NCBI GenBank assembly: GCA_964016885.1 | Contig: OZ024753.1 | Span: 43,152,001-43,216,000 of the forward strand | Direction of reading: 5' to 3' | DNA from: Eledone cirrhosa | Taxonomy: Eukaryota | DNA: 64,000 bases | Part shown: piece after piece, positions 39,930 to 52,615 of the stretch | Layout: every line of letters starts with the position of its first letter | How positions within the stretch are numbered: the first letter of the stretch is position 1 | Notes under the pieces: model-generated | What the model saw: only the letters and a program-made list of their open reading frames with translations | The model's database searches: none | What the model was told of the DNA's origin: nothing | Position numbers and translations under genes: made by a program

Positions 39930-40110
39930 TCATCATCATCATCATTGTAACCGCAGTCGAACATTCCTGACAAAGTCTCTCCACAATTCACCATTTTCCA
40001 TTGGTCCTGGCAACTGTTCCCTAATGAGGTTTGTGTTGGTTGAAAGTTGATTGATGAAGGTTCAAGCAGGTCTTCCACTACATTTCCCTTGAGTTGGTTC
40101 CCCACAATAT
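39930..40110 (-). mobile_element. LINE-like 3' end with (ATG)n tail (second copy 40597-40686)
   Basis: catcatcattg.aacc.cagt..aacattc.tgacaaagtct shared by both copies. Confidence 0.6.
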
Positions 40111-40118
40111 CACACACA

Positions 40119-40156
<38 letters not shown>

Positions 40157-40312
40157 AATGCATATATATATATACTGGTAATATCTTACTGGTAATAAGG
40201 TAGTAATAAATTACTGTCTTTCACTGTTTAGGGTTTAAAATATATATAACTATAAAAGGTTTTAGTATATACATAACCATAAATAGTATCCTTAATACTA
40301 TATATATATATA

Positions 40313-40523
40313 TAGTAATAATAATAAATGTGAAGACTAAAATCCAAAGAGGGCTCGATAAGGATAAATATATATCAAATATATAAGACCCGTAGAGCAA
40401 AAATTTATTAAAATAACAGATTAAATTTAAGCAGAGAATCACTGCTTTCACCCTTAACGGAATCCCGTTAAGGGTGAAAGCAGCAATTCTTTGCTTAAAC
40501 TTTAATCTGTTATTTTAATAAAT
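40313..40523 (-). mobile_element. Family 6 palindrome+tail element
   Basis: IR 40403-40523 centred on ccttaacgg-aat-cccgttaagg. ~90-bp tail. TA tracts on both sides. Confidence 0.8.
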
Positions 40524-40747
40524 AAATATATATATATGATAAGATTCTGGACCCCGACGGCTGAGCTCCATCCGTTTCGTTATATGTATATATATATCAT
40601 CATCATTGCAACCTCAGTTAAACATTCTTGACAAAGTCTTACTACAATTTATGATTTTCCATTGTCCCTGGTAACTGTTCCCTAATCTCCAGAATAAAAT
40701 TAACATGTTCAGACCTGGAGAGGAATCATCTCTAATATATATATCAT

Positions 40748-41160
40748 GGAAGCATGTGGCCTAGTGGTATGGGTGTTGGACTTATGATAATAATTTTTTC
40801 TACTTTTGGCACAAGGCCAGCAATTACCCCAGTGTATTACTGGTACTTTATTTTATCAAGCCCGTAAGGATGAAAGGCAAAGTTAGCCTTGACAGGATTT
40901 GAACTCAGACCAAAAAGGGCCATAACTCTTTGCTGCAAAGCATGGCGTCCGACCCCCCCCCCCCTGCTGATACTGCCAATATGATAATAATGTCATGGGT
41001 TTGGCACCTGGACTGGGCTGTGTCCTTCAGTAAGACACTTCACTTCACATTGCTCCAATATACTCAAGTGACAATAAGTAGCAGCAACACACGGCATCCT
41101 GTCCAAGGAGGGAAGTCTTGTACTCTCAGTCCCCTTACCCCTCAGAAACCAGGGTAAGCA
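40748..41160 (+). mobile_element. Old CORE-like SINE interrupted by SINE A
   Basis: Head 40748-40794 resumes at 40980 (gtgtccttcagtaagacacttcacttcacattgctcc). Confidence 0.75.
40795..40979 (-). mobile_element. SINE family A, nested
   Basis: 12-bp TSD tatgataataat at 40783-40794 and 40980-40991. Confidence 0.9.
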
Positions 41161-41826
41161 CTGGTCTGATGAACCTCCAGACTTGAGACAAACTTTAGAG
41201 ACTTATACTTATATCACGATTGAACAAAGACCAAAGAATGAAATATGGATGGAATGAAATAAAGAAACTGAAACAAAATTATATTATATTCTTATCCTGT
41301 TGTCATATGATTAAATGATGTGGTGGTGGTGGTGGTCTTAAATCATTTTCATTTAAAACACCCCCCATCCCATCCCTCCACCCCCATCATATGATCTGTT
41401 CGTTCATAGTAACTGTGCTAATACCGATGGCAAATGGTAAGATTGCTTATCAGTAATAAATGATTGAAGTAAATGAATTTAGGATAGCACACTTGATACA
41501 TAAAATGTATGAAATTTTGAAGGTTAAATACATTTATTCTATAATCTCACTTGAGAATTGTCATTAGACAAATTCTTATACATTGATAACATCTTAACTT
41601 CCATGGTTTTCATACGTGAAAGTGGTTCCTTTTTCTCTTGGTTTTTATTTCTTTTATTATTTTCTTCCTCTGTTTCTTCTTTTACCTAATTAACTTTAAT
41701 TGGAATATATTTTACTGATTAAGATGTGTTTAAAATAAGGAGTCACACTTAGCATGATAGTCATCTTCAAACTGACGAACTTCTAATGTAATTATACACA
41801 TACATATATACAGATAGGTATGTATG

Positions 41827-41857
<31 letters not shown>

Positions 41858-41858
41858 A

Positions 41859-41892
41859 ATATATCCAACCCTCCCCCTCTCTCTATCCCGAC

Positions 41893-41938
<46 letters not shown>

Positions 41939-41973
41939 TGTCGGGATAGAGAGAGGGGGAGGGTTGGATATAT
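41859..41973. repeat. Perfect 37-bp inverted repeat around (TA)n
   Basis: 41859-41895 is the exact reverse complement of 41937-41973. Confidence 0.95.
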
Positions 41974-42089
41974 ATGCAAATATCTATATATGCATATATA
42001 TATATATATATAGACACATGCTTGTGTATGTATATATATATATATATGTATACACAAGCATTTATACACTATATACACCTAAGCAATAA

Positions 42090-42278
42090 TAATAATTGTT
42101 TCTACTTTTGCCACAAGGCCAGCAATTACCCAGTGCATTACTGGTACTTTATTTTATCGACCCCGTAAGGATGAAAGGCAAAGTCAACCTCGACGGGATT
42201 TGAACTCAGATCGTAAAGGGACGTAACTATGCTGGAAAGCATGGCGTCCGACCCTCTACCGATACTGCCAATCCACCC
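42090..42278 (-). mobile_element. SINE family A
   Basis: TSD-like cctaagcaat on both sides. Confidence 0.9.
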
Positions 42279-42383
42279 TAAGCAATGATAATAATGGCAT
42301 ATATATATATATATAAATATATAAAAATAGTGTTTTATTAGTAGGCTACCACAAGTTAATCATGTACTTCATACAATAAAGTC

Positions 42384-42419
<36 letters not shown>

Positions 42420-42566
42420 TATATATCGTTATTAAGCTAACAGAAGTCTCATGAGCTTTTGATTCCAGAGTCAGGCCTGAACAATAGAAATCGAACTTTG
42501 AGCTGATCAAACATGAAACACACGTCACACCTGATTAAATGTAATGAAGATTTGACACCTTGTCCA

Positions 42567-42765
42567 GGGCGGTGGATTGGCAGTATCGGTAGACGGTCTG
42601 ACGCCATGCTTTGCAGCAAAGAGTTACGGCCCTTTATGGTCTGCGTTCAAATACCACCGAGGTTAACTTTGCCTTTCATCCTTACGGGGTCGATAAAATA
42701 AAGTACCAGTAATGCACTGGGTAATTGCTGGCCTTGTGGCAAAAGTAGAAACAATTATTATTATT
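42567..42765 (+). mobile_element. SINE family A
   Basis: Full length, with (TTA)n tail. Confidence 0.9.
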
Positions 42766-42992
42766 ACACCCTGCTTAGCACAACTCCAAAATACATACTG
42801 GAGACTACGTATTGAGTGCTCACTTTGGTGACCCAGCAGTAATTTGACATTACAATCCCTAAACTATATATGCCACCAGTATTTTATGAAAATAACACCA
42901 TACTCCAGCACTGCGCATATCAAAAGATTGAAATAACAGAGGTAAACTTTGTTCCATCATTATGTTTTTCTATTTTTTCTGTTCAAATTCTA

Positions 42993-43051
42993 GCTGTCTG
43001 ATGAGGTCATGGCTGTTGGATAATGGTTATTACAAAAATATATATGACAGT
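42993..43051 (+). ncRNA. Degenerate hammerhead relic
   Basis: gctgt-CTGATGA-g-12-bp stem II-AAAA(for GAAA)-atatata-TG-acagt. Confidence 0.45.
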
Positions 43052-43171
43052 GAATATGAATAAACGAAGTTAATTTTAACCTGTTGACTTACACTTCTTG
43101 TTTATATATATATATATATATCATCATCATCATCATCATCGTTTAACGTCTATCTTCCATGCTAGCATGAA

Positions 43172-43368
43172 ATGTGTGGTAAGATATCAGGTGGACCATA
43201 ACGCACCAGAGTACTCGATACCTAGGGTAGTAGAGTGGGTAATAGGAAAAGAGTCAGGAACCCGATGGCTGAACTCTGGTCGTTTTAACAGTTTGGATCT
43301 AGCTATCGAAACGGTCGGAGCTCAGCCATCAGGGTCCTAACTCTTTTCCTATTACCCACTCTACTACT
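43172..43368 (-). mobile_element. Family 1 palindrome+tail element
   Basis: IR gtagtagagtgggtaataggaaaagag../..ctcttttcctattacccactctactac. Confidence 0.85.
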
Positions 43369-44174
43369 ATATAAAACAAGAAAGTTAAAATTAACTTCGT
43401 TTATTGGTATTATATATATATATATATATATATATTTATAAGTTGAGAAAGCAAACGTTATGCAATATTTAGAGATTTTTGAGATTATTTTCATACAAAA
43501 TAATCTCAATTCTTGTCCAATTCCACAAGAGCATCATTTGATTGATTCACAAAGTGAATGTAATAAAAGATATATTTTTATTCTCGATTTAAACTGTTGA
43601 ATACTTTTAAATTCCAGTAGAGGATTCGGTTAAAGAAAAATTAACATTTTAAAACATTTGTGTGTATTTTGCAATAGAAAAGTTATAAGAATTCATTGGA
43701 TAGAGTTTTGTTCACTCTAACGGATTTTTATAATAGTTATTAGAGTTATTTTGATTTGTTTCTCACTTTAACCACCACATAGCCTTATTTAAATAGAAAT
43801 ACACTATATTTGAATGATTAATGATAAATTTGGAGGATTTTTTAAAATTATTATTTCATTTTTAAGATGGTATTTTGATATTTCTAACATAACAAAAGGT
43901 TCTTATTCAAAATTTTGTTTGGAAGATTTTAATTTAGATTTAAACCTTTGAAAATGAATGTTTTACCTTTAAATAGAACGAGAGGTAGTTTGGGGTGGGT
44001 TGGTATGAAAAGGGTTAAATCACTTCTGTAAATTGGAAATGTCCTTCTCATGCATTTAAATCAGGTAGAGGAAAGAATAAGCAGTTATAATGATCAACTG
44101 AAAATTTTCGATGAATAAACAAGAAGCTATTTTCTAACTCAATCTATTGACAACTGAATGGGACGCTAAGAGTT

Positions 44175-44824
44175 ATACATGTATATGTGTATGTGTGTGT
44201 CTATATATATAATATATATATGTCTATATATATATATATATATGTCTCTCTCTCTATATATATATATATGTCTGTATATATATATATGTCTGTATATATA
44301 TATATATATATATATGTCTATATATATATATATGTCTATATATATATATATGTCTATATATATACATGTCTATATATATATATATGTCTATATATATATA
44401 TGTCTATATATATATATGTCTATATATACATATATATGTCTATATATACATATATATGTTTATATATACATATATATGTCTATATATACATATGTCTATA
44501 TATAGATATATATGTCTATATATACATATGTCTATATATACATATATATGTCTATATATACATACATATATATGTCTATATATATATACACATATATGTC
44601 ATAGAATGAAACAAAATTTCATTTCTCACCCTTAGTACGGCACTTACTTAAATGTAAGTATGTATGTATATATATATATACATATATATGTCTATATATA
44701 TACATATATATGTCTATGTAATATACGTGTATATACATATATATATGTGTGTGTCTGTATATGCATATATATGTATATATGTCTGTCTATGCATATATAT
44801 GTATATATATGTATGTATATATAC

Positions 44825-44874
<50 letters not shown>

Positions 44875-44935
44875 GTCTATATATATAGTTTATATATATA
44901 TATACAAACTATATAGACATATATAGACATATGTA
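44175..44935. repeat. TA-derived microsatellite field
   Basis: Direct inspection. Confidence 0.9.
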
Positions 44936-45322
44936 TAGTTTGTAATTCTAGTTGGATAAACCATTCAATGGATACTGGATTAAGGAGACAAAAGAAGAAA
45001 TGTTTGTCTGAAGAAAAAAAAAAGCATGGGATGGAGTGGATGAAGCCAATGTAGGGGGTAAGGCAACAGGAAGGTAAAACAAATGGAATGTCACAACAGC
45101 TATGTTCAATTTATTCCATTCCTTAATATATTGCGTATTTTATCCCAGTACTGTTGTTGTTGTTACTTTTTGCTGTTTGTTGTTTCTTTATTTTCACGTA
45201 AATCTCATGAAAATGAAACACAAAAAAACAAACAAACAGAAAAGAACCCCCCTGCCCCTCTGCCAGCAAAATCACATAAATAACTATTATTATTACTATT
45301 ATTGTAATTATAAAATATATAA

Positions 45323-45359
<37 letters not shown>

Positions 45360-45360
<1 letters not shown>

Positions 45361-45550
45361 CGGTGGTTTGGCAGTATTGGTAGAGGGTCGGACACCATGC
45401 TTTCCAGCATAGTTACGTCCCTTTACGATCTGAGTTCAAATCCCGCCGAGGTTGACTTTGCCTTTCATCCTTACGGGGTCGATAAAATAAAGTACCAGTA
45501 ATGCACTGGGTAATTGCTGGCCTTGTGCCTAAAGTAGAAACAATTATTAT
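45360..45550 (+). mobile_element. SINE family A
   Basis: Full length, lying after (TTA)n. Confidence 0.9.
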
Positions 45551-45955
45551 TTGTGTTTTCCTTTTCCTCCAGGTTTTGTTTTCATTTCTTGCTGAGTGTC
45601 TTCCATAAATATTATTGTTATTATTATTATTATTATTATTTAATAAATAAATAAATAAAGATATCATTATTATTATTATTTTTGTTATTGTTGTTGTTAT
45701 TATTGTTGTTATTGTTATTATTGTTCATGATTTAAAAGAACCTGAAAGTAAATCGACTAGGATGGACAAGGGGAAATAGAAAGATAGGAGATGGAGTGAT
45801 GGTTGGAGGGGTGAGAGAGAGAGAGAGAGAGAGAGATATGAGAGGAAGAGGAAGCCTAAAAAAAACGATAGAAGAGATATAAATATAAATATAGAAATAC
45901 AGGAATAAAAAATGGGATAAAATAGTAGGATACACACATACACACACACACATAT

Positions 45956-46016
<61 letters not shown>

Positions 46017-46433
46017 CATGCTCACATGTACACACATACACACAAACAAACAAACAAATATATACACACATATGCACAAACACACACACATATACAGACA
46101 TACACATATATATGTTTGTAGGTAGAGGATAATTGGAAAAATGAAGAATGCGAAGTAGACACACTAAAAGACTTCTAATGCCAAAATCATGCCATACAGA
46201 AAATTACAATCTTTAAATGACAAAATCCCGGTATATAGAAAATCTGTCTTGGATTTTTCTCGTTAGAGCAAAGATTTTACATAAATTTCCTAGCAAAATA
46301 CTCTGTCAGATTTCGAAAACAAGTTAATCTTTTCCTATGGAATCTATAAATACAGTGTGGACACAGACTGGTTGAATGGTTAAGTAGATTGCTTCGCAAT
46401 CATTAGGTCTTGTGTTTGATCTCTCTATCAGCC

Positions 46434-46750
46434 ATCATCATCATCATCATTTTTTACGTCCATTTTTCTATGCCCTCTTGTGTTGGATGAGTCCTTTTGC
46501 AGCCCGATATCTCTCAACTTGCCGTGTTCCTTCATCATCTCTTCTGTGAGTCTCAGCAATTTGATATTAGTTCCTCTCACCACTTCTGCCCAGGTCTTTC
46601 TTGGTCTACCTCCACTGCATCTTCCTTCCACCAGAATGTCCTGGTGATCAGCATCCATACACATCACAGGTCCGTCCATATCAATGTAGTTTTCTCTCCT
46701 GCACATCACTTCAGATTTTTCTTAAACCCAGTCTCTCCCTTCATTTCACA
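46434..46750 (-). mobile_element. Decayed RTE 3' end
   Basis: LVEGRCSGGRPRKTWAEVVR..LRLTEEMMK and (ATG)n tail. Confidence 0.8.
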
Positions 46751-47052
46751 TTGCTTTTCATGATAGGACTGGGTGTCACTATCATTAAAGCACCCAAGAA
46801 ACCTCCTCAATAGTGGCCAGCTAAACCTACATAGGTGTGCGCTATAACAAAATGATAGAATTGGGTAAAAAAAAATCCCAATATGAAACATTGTCCAGAA
46901 TTCAAACCCAGGAGGGCCAATACCTTAACCACCAGGCCACATGTCTTCCCCCAGTCCTAAGTTAAGTATTGAATGCCTGTTCCTCGTAACAAATGTATCC
47001 TTTTCCTTTCTTTTTCTCCCCTGCAAAAGACTTCAATATGTCAATCAACTGT

Positions 47053-47265
47053 TGATTGACTTTCGTCAAATCGGACCGAGGAAACAATGTTTCCGTTGGT
47101 CTTTCCAATTGCTAATAATTTCTATCGGTCACAATTCCAGGTAGAAGGAGCAATGTGAAATGAAGTGTCTTGTCCAAGGACATAACGCATCACCCGGTCA
47201 AGGAATCAAACTCACAACCTCACAATTGCGAATCCAATTCTCTAACCACTCAGCCACACACCTTC
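47053..47265 (-). mobile_element. SINE family C
   Basis: tRNA-like head (tggctgagtggttagag..gagtttgattcc) and CORE-like ccttggacaagacactt. Matches 51015-51222. Confidence 0.85.
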
Positions 47266-47779
47266 ACTACTTCAATATATATAGCATAATAATTCTTTAG
47301 TCTAATAATTTGAGTCATTAATAATGCTGGTGTCTGAGAGGAAATTACCCTAGGTAATGTATAGAATATTGGTGAAAAGTATGTAATAGGTTATCATGTG
47401 GTTTATAGTTACATACATAAAAAGATGGTGGAAATCTCTCAAAGACACAGCCTGTGGTCATTTGATACATAAATAATGTTTGGAATTGCTAGATATATTG
47501 CAGTTTGTAATGCACAACTTACGTAACCCTGCATATATAGATGTGTATCTGTGTGTATATTATATATATATATTATATATTATATATATATATATTATAT
47601 GTATATATATTATATATATATATTATATATATAAATATCTATATATATACCTACAGTCAGTAGGCATCTCTTAATCAAATATACACCCCCGTCCCACTAA
47701 CCCTACCCCCACCCCCATCAACACCACCCCTTTCTCTGTAAAGTTATGTTGGTACCACAACATCCAGTCCGAAATAAAT

Positions 47780-47917
47780 GAGGTCGTGTAGATGACACAA
47801 TAAAAAAAAACACACAGTCCACGCTGTAGTGTGGCCGTGTAGGTAACACGGTAAAAACCTCCCAGTCCACACTGTAAACGTGGTAATTGCTGGCCTTGTG
47901 CCAAAGTAGAAACAATT
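47780..47917 (+). mobile_element. SINE D body fused to SINE A tail
   Basis: ccacactgtaaacgtgg|taattgctggccttgtgccaaagtagaaacaatt. Confidence 0.7.
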
Positions 47918-48609
47918 TAATGACTGAGAGTAGAAGACTCCACTCTGGACAGAACACCAGTCCATTTCCTGGTTAAACCTTCAGCTATCGCTGATAAACA
48001 TTTGCATCTGAGTATACTGGAGTGATGCGATATAAAGTGTTTTACTTAACACCCCTCTAGCCACTTTCAATTTCCAGTTGTAGCCACCATATTGTTTTGG
48101 TTATTGAGAAAATTACAGATGTCATCACCTTACCAAATTCTTTCACCTATGAATGTCACCATCACGTATGGATTTAATGTTATGTTTGTATACGTAAAGC
48201 AAATATAGGAACTGTCACTAAATAAAATTTGCTTCATTTTTCATACTTAAATTCAGAAGTTAGCAAACAAAACTGTCTGAAGAGCTGTGGGCAAAATATC
48301 TAACATTTCACCTAGCTTAAAGCAGCTCTGACATCAATTGGTATTTATATATGGATATAGTACATACTTTTCTTAACAGATAACATCAAACACATACATA
48401 TACATATATATATGGATATAGCACATGCTTTACTTAACAGATAACATCAAATACACACACATATATATACATATATATATATGGATACAGCAGATGCTTT
48501 TCTTAATATCTAATATAACACACATACATATACCATATGCTTTTCTTATCATATAAGATAACACACACACTGTACTGATTGTGTTTTTATTTCTGTTTAC
48601 CTTTTACAT

Positions 48610-48650
<41 letters not shown>

Positions 48651-48809
48651 TATATATACATATATATATATATATATGTATGTCCCACCCTTGCAAGCAG
48701 GGAAAAGCGGACGTAAAATTATGATGATGATGATGATGATATATATATATATATACTACATGATTTTCTTAACATACAACATATATATATATATATACAT
48801 CCAGGCCAA

Positions 48810-49072
48810 AACAAATGAGGTCGTGTAGGTGTCACGACAAAAAAAACACACAGTCCACGCTGTAATGTGGCCGTGTAGGTAACACGGTAAAAACCTCCCA
48901 GTTCCACACTGTAAATGTGGTTGGTGTTAGGAAGGGCATCCAGCTGTAGAAAACCCGCCAGACAGTCCTATGTGAGCAAGACAACCACTCTTGCCTCAAG
49001 TGGGAAAACTCCCGTCCAAACCCATGCAAGCGTGGAATATGGACATTAAACGATGATGATGATGATGATGAT
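48810..49072 (+). mobile_element. SINE family D
   Basis: Matches 9690-9935. Confidence 0.85.
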
Positions 49073-49140
49073 CCAGGGATAAATTGAACCGTTAAGATAT
49101 ATTATCCTTGGTTATGTCAAAATTTATAAAACAAACTTCG

Positions 49141-49201
49141 TATTTTATCTGATGATAGCGTACCAAAATTTTGGTACCCTTGAAATATATATAATAGAAT
49201 A
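49141..49201 (+). ncRNA. Minimal type I hammerhead (family 8)
   Basis: tattttat-CTGATGA-tagcgtaccaa-aatt-ttggtaccctt-GAAA-tatata-TA-atagaata. Confidence 0.75.
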
Positions 49202-49330
49202 AATATGGTTTTATAAATATAGTTTCCATTTATTTAATATCATTGTATATATATATATATTTATATATATATATATATATATATATTAAAATACAAATAT
49301 TAATAAAATAGATGTTCTTTTGATCAATTA

Positions 49331-49385
49331 CATTTTATTATACATATTTCGGAGGTACAATAGTATGTCCTCATCAGACAAAATA
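49331..49385 (-). ncRNA. Minimal type I hammerhead (family 8)
   Basis: tattttgt-CTGATGA-ggacatactattgtacctcc-GAAA-tatgta-TA-ataaaatg. Confidence 0.75.
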
Positions 49386-49654
49386 TAATGATACATGACA
49401 TACCCTGAGATGTTAAATGGTTAAGATTTAATCAAGGTAGTCATATATATATATATATTTGAAAATTGAATTAGAAGTTTCAGCAAAAATCTTAATTCAA
49501 TTTTCAAATTCTGCTCACCGTTTTCTAACCATACATGCTTTTTATATATATCCATATATATGTGTATATATACCATTTCATTTTTTTTTTTTACGTCCGC
49601 TTTTTCCCTGCTTGCAAGGGTGGGACGGATATATATGTATATATATATATATCA

Positions 49655-50010
49655 AACACACCAGCAAACGCATGCGCAGAGAAGACAAAAAAAAAAAATA
49701 AAGAAAAAATAAATAGACTAAATAAAGATGGCATAGGCATACAATACAACAGGAGGAAACATAATAGCACCACTGACGATGTTGCAGATGTGCAACGAAA
49801 GAACTTTGTTAGACTATATATATGTGTTTGTGTCTATATTATATCTGTATTTTTTACCGGTGGTCAGTCAATGGTAACATTGAGGACCGAATAAATTAAA
49901 TTAAATTAACCGATATAAAAGACACAGAAGCGAAAACCAACCAAACAGTGAGTATGTTCTGTTATTAATTCTGGCAATATTATTACACAAATATGACCCT
50001 CCCCAAGTAT

Positions 50011-50015
<5 letters not shown>
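49655..50015 (+). mobile_element. Family 7 element with HHR-like core
   Basis: Reverse complement of 34762-35110. CTGACGA-t-gttgca-gatg-tgcaac-GAAA at 49773-49800. TA tracts on both sides. Confidence 0.75.
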
Positions 50016-50050
<35 letters not shown>

Positions 50051-50420
50051 AATGGTACATTCTCAGTGAGCTGTCAGACAGGAAATATTGACAGAAGCTA
50101 CCCAAATGAATATATAAGATAGTATTTGTTAAGCATAGACTGAGACAAGCTGCAGTACATCTACTTCAAAGTCAATGTACAACACTCAAAGTTATTGAAT
50201 ATGAGCAGAACTGTTTGGAATAAACAACGGAATAACTTTCTCTAATGCAGCATTTCTTCTACCATTATTTAATATTTTACATTATTGGTTTGATTCTGTT
50301 TTATCATTCTTATTTTGGTGCCATCATTTTAGAAAGCATTTGTATTCAATAAACATCTGGGGGATAATGCACGTCTGCCTGTCTATATATTTATCTCTCC
50401 AAATAATATATATATATATA

Positions 50421-50715
50421 TAGTTATGTAATAAACAACATAAGACAATTATTCCATTTACCAAAGGTTTCACGAAGACAGACAAGCTCAGCACAGATGT
50501 CTGAAATTGCTCATCAGAATCAAATTAAAAGGAAATTTAAAAGGAAATTTCATTCTAATCAGTGATTTCAGACGTCTGTGTTGAGCTCGTCTGTCTTCGT
50601 GAAACCTTTGGTAAATGGAATAATTGTCTTATGTTGTTTATTACATAACTAAATAGCTCTGTAGCTTATATAGAGCACTCTCCTTTCCTTTACCCTTCCT
50701 ATGGAAATACTTAAT
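50421..50715 (+). mobile_element. Family 5 palindrome+tail element
   Basis: IR 50421-50651 (~110-bp arms) plus ~65-bp tail, between TA tracts. Confidence 0.85.
50451..50525 (-). ncRNA. Type I hammerhead (family 5, left arm)
   Basis: atttgatt-CTGATGA-gc..cagaca..tgtctg..gt-GAAA-cctttgg-TA-aatggaat. The right-arm copy (50547-50621) has a mutated core, CTAATCA. Confidence 0.7.
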
Positions 50716-50730
50716 ATATATATATATATC

Positions 50731-50830
50731 AAAGACTCCAGTTGCATTTTCAGTTTCTTTTCCTTATATATACACACACACATATATACATATATAAGGA
50801 AAAGAAATTGAAAATGCAACTGGAGTCTTT
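50731..50830. repeat. 40-bp inverted repeat around a TA/CA spacer
   Basis: 50731-50770 vs 50791-50830, 1 mismatch. Confidence 0.9.
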
Positions 50831-51014
50831 TAAGAATATTCATTTACTTTACTTGTTTCACAGTTCTTATGATTTTCAAAAGTAAAATTGAGATGGAGGG
50901 CTTATGTTTCTGTTGTGGTTTGCTTTGCATCCAGCTGGAGTTTGAAAATTATATCTGTATATACTTATATATTTAACACCAATGATCCCAGACCTCATTT
51001 GCTTACCGTGTAGA

Positions 51015-51222
51015 GTCAACCTCATCAAATCAGACCCAGGAAACAATGTTTCTATTGGTTTTTCCATTGCTGATACTATCTATCAGTTGCAACTCCTGGC
51101 AGAAAGAACAACATGAAATAAAGTGTCTTGCTTAAGGACATAACCCATCGCTCAGTCTGGAAATCAAACTCACAACCTCACAATTGTGAATCCAATTCTC
51201 TAACCACTAAGCCATGCACCTT
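51015..51222 (-). mobile_element. SINE family C
   Basis: Matches 47053-47265. Confidence 0.85.
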
Positions 51223-52234
51223 TACATTACATAACATCCTGTAATAATTATATTAAAATATATAAAAGCAGTTGTGTTAATTCAAATGTTTATAATATCT
51301 TTACTAGTTGACAGATTGTTTTGAAAATTTGCTGTAACATAGAGTAAAGACTTTAGGTTTAATATGATGCAGTTGTAGTTCTATTTTAACCTTTTCAAGA
51401 GCATCTTGTTAATGCTGTTTAATGTGGTACAGGATATTAAGAGTTACGATGGTATAAGACAGAAAAGTTACTCTCGGGCAAAAATACTTAAAAGTCTTTA
51501 GTCTCGAAGATTTAGATTCAATTTCCGTTGAAATCCACTTTGCTTTGTCTCCTTCTGCAAACGATAAAATAAGTAACAGCCTTACACATACCTCTTAGCA
51601 CCAACCCTTCCACCAATTCTGCCCTATTGTGAAAGTAAGTGGCCCTTTGCCAATATAAGAAAGCCTTACTAATATTATTATTATTTAGTTCATTAGACAT
51701 GCTTGCATGGTTTATTAATCATAGATAAATTTAAACAATTAAATTTAATCTTGCTGTAGATTTATCAAAAGAATCTAATTAAAAAGCAGAATGAAATCCT
51801 ATCTTTTGCGTTCATTCTGCTAAACCTATGCCACTTGTTTCCCAGTTTAGCTCAGGACAGATCTGTCGTACTGGGAAGAAGGCCAAATGCGTTTATACGC
51901 TTCTACAGCTGAATATGATCGTTTATTGAACACTTATTGAACCATTTGTGCTGATCACAATATATTCAGAAAAGTCTTTAGTTGTTAAAACGTTTAAGAA
52001 GATCAAGCTGACCAACCATCTCCTCCTCTCCTCTCTCCCTCTCTCTCTCTCTCTCTCTTTCTCTCTCTTTCTGCTGAATAATTCGTGCCTGGTTCCTTTG
52101 ACCACTAGTTGGCCTAACCCCACCCCTCCCTCTCTCTCTGCTGAATAATTTTCGCCTGGTTTCCTTGACCACTTCTAAAATTCTTCACTTACTTCATGGC
52201 TAGACGGTCAATATAATATCTCTTACACATTTAT

Positions 52235-52285
52235 TCTCTCTCTCTCTCGTTCTGTCTCACTTTCTCTCTCACTCTCTCTCGTTCT

Positions 52286-52330
<45 letters not shown>

Positions 52331-52549
52331 CTCTGTCTCACTTTCTCTCTCTCTCTCTCTCGTTCTCTGTCTCACTTTATCTCTCTCTCTCTCTCTCTCG
52401 TTCTCTGTCTCACTTTCTCTCTCTCTCTCTCTCTCGTTCTCTCTCTCTCTCTCTTGTTCTCTGTCTCACTTTCTCTCTCCCTCTCTCTCGTTCTCTGTCT
52501 CTCTCTCTCTCTCTCTCATTCTCTCTCTCCCTCTCTCTCGTTCTCTGTC

Positions 52550-52586
<37 letters not shown>

Positions 52587-52615
52587 CTCTGTCTCAGTTT
52601 CTCTTTCTCTCACAC
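52235..52615. repeat. (CT)n-derived repeat
   Basis: Direct inspection. Confidence 0.9.

Noticed and set aside
45005-45025. CTGAAGA (also CTGATGA at 3121, 41166 and 55883)
   Set aside because: No stem II-GAAA-UH-stem I arrangement follows, so these are chance heptamers.
51840-52172. Possible coding exon in a unique segment
   Set aside because: No recognisable protein motif or convincing splice pair, and the ORFs run into (CT)n.
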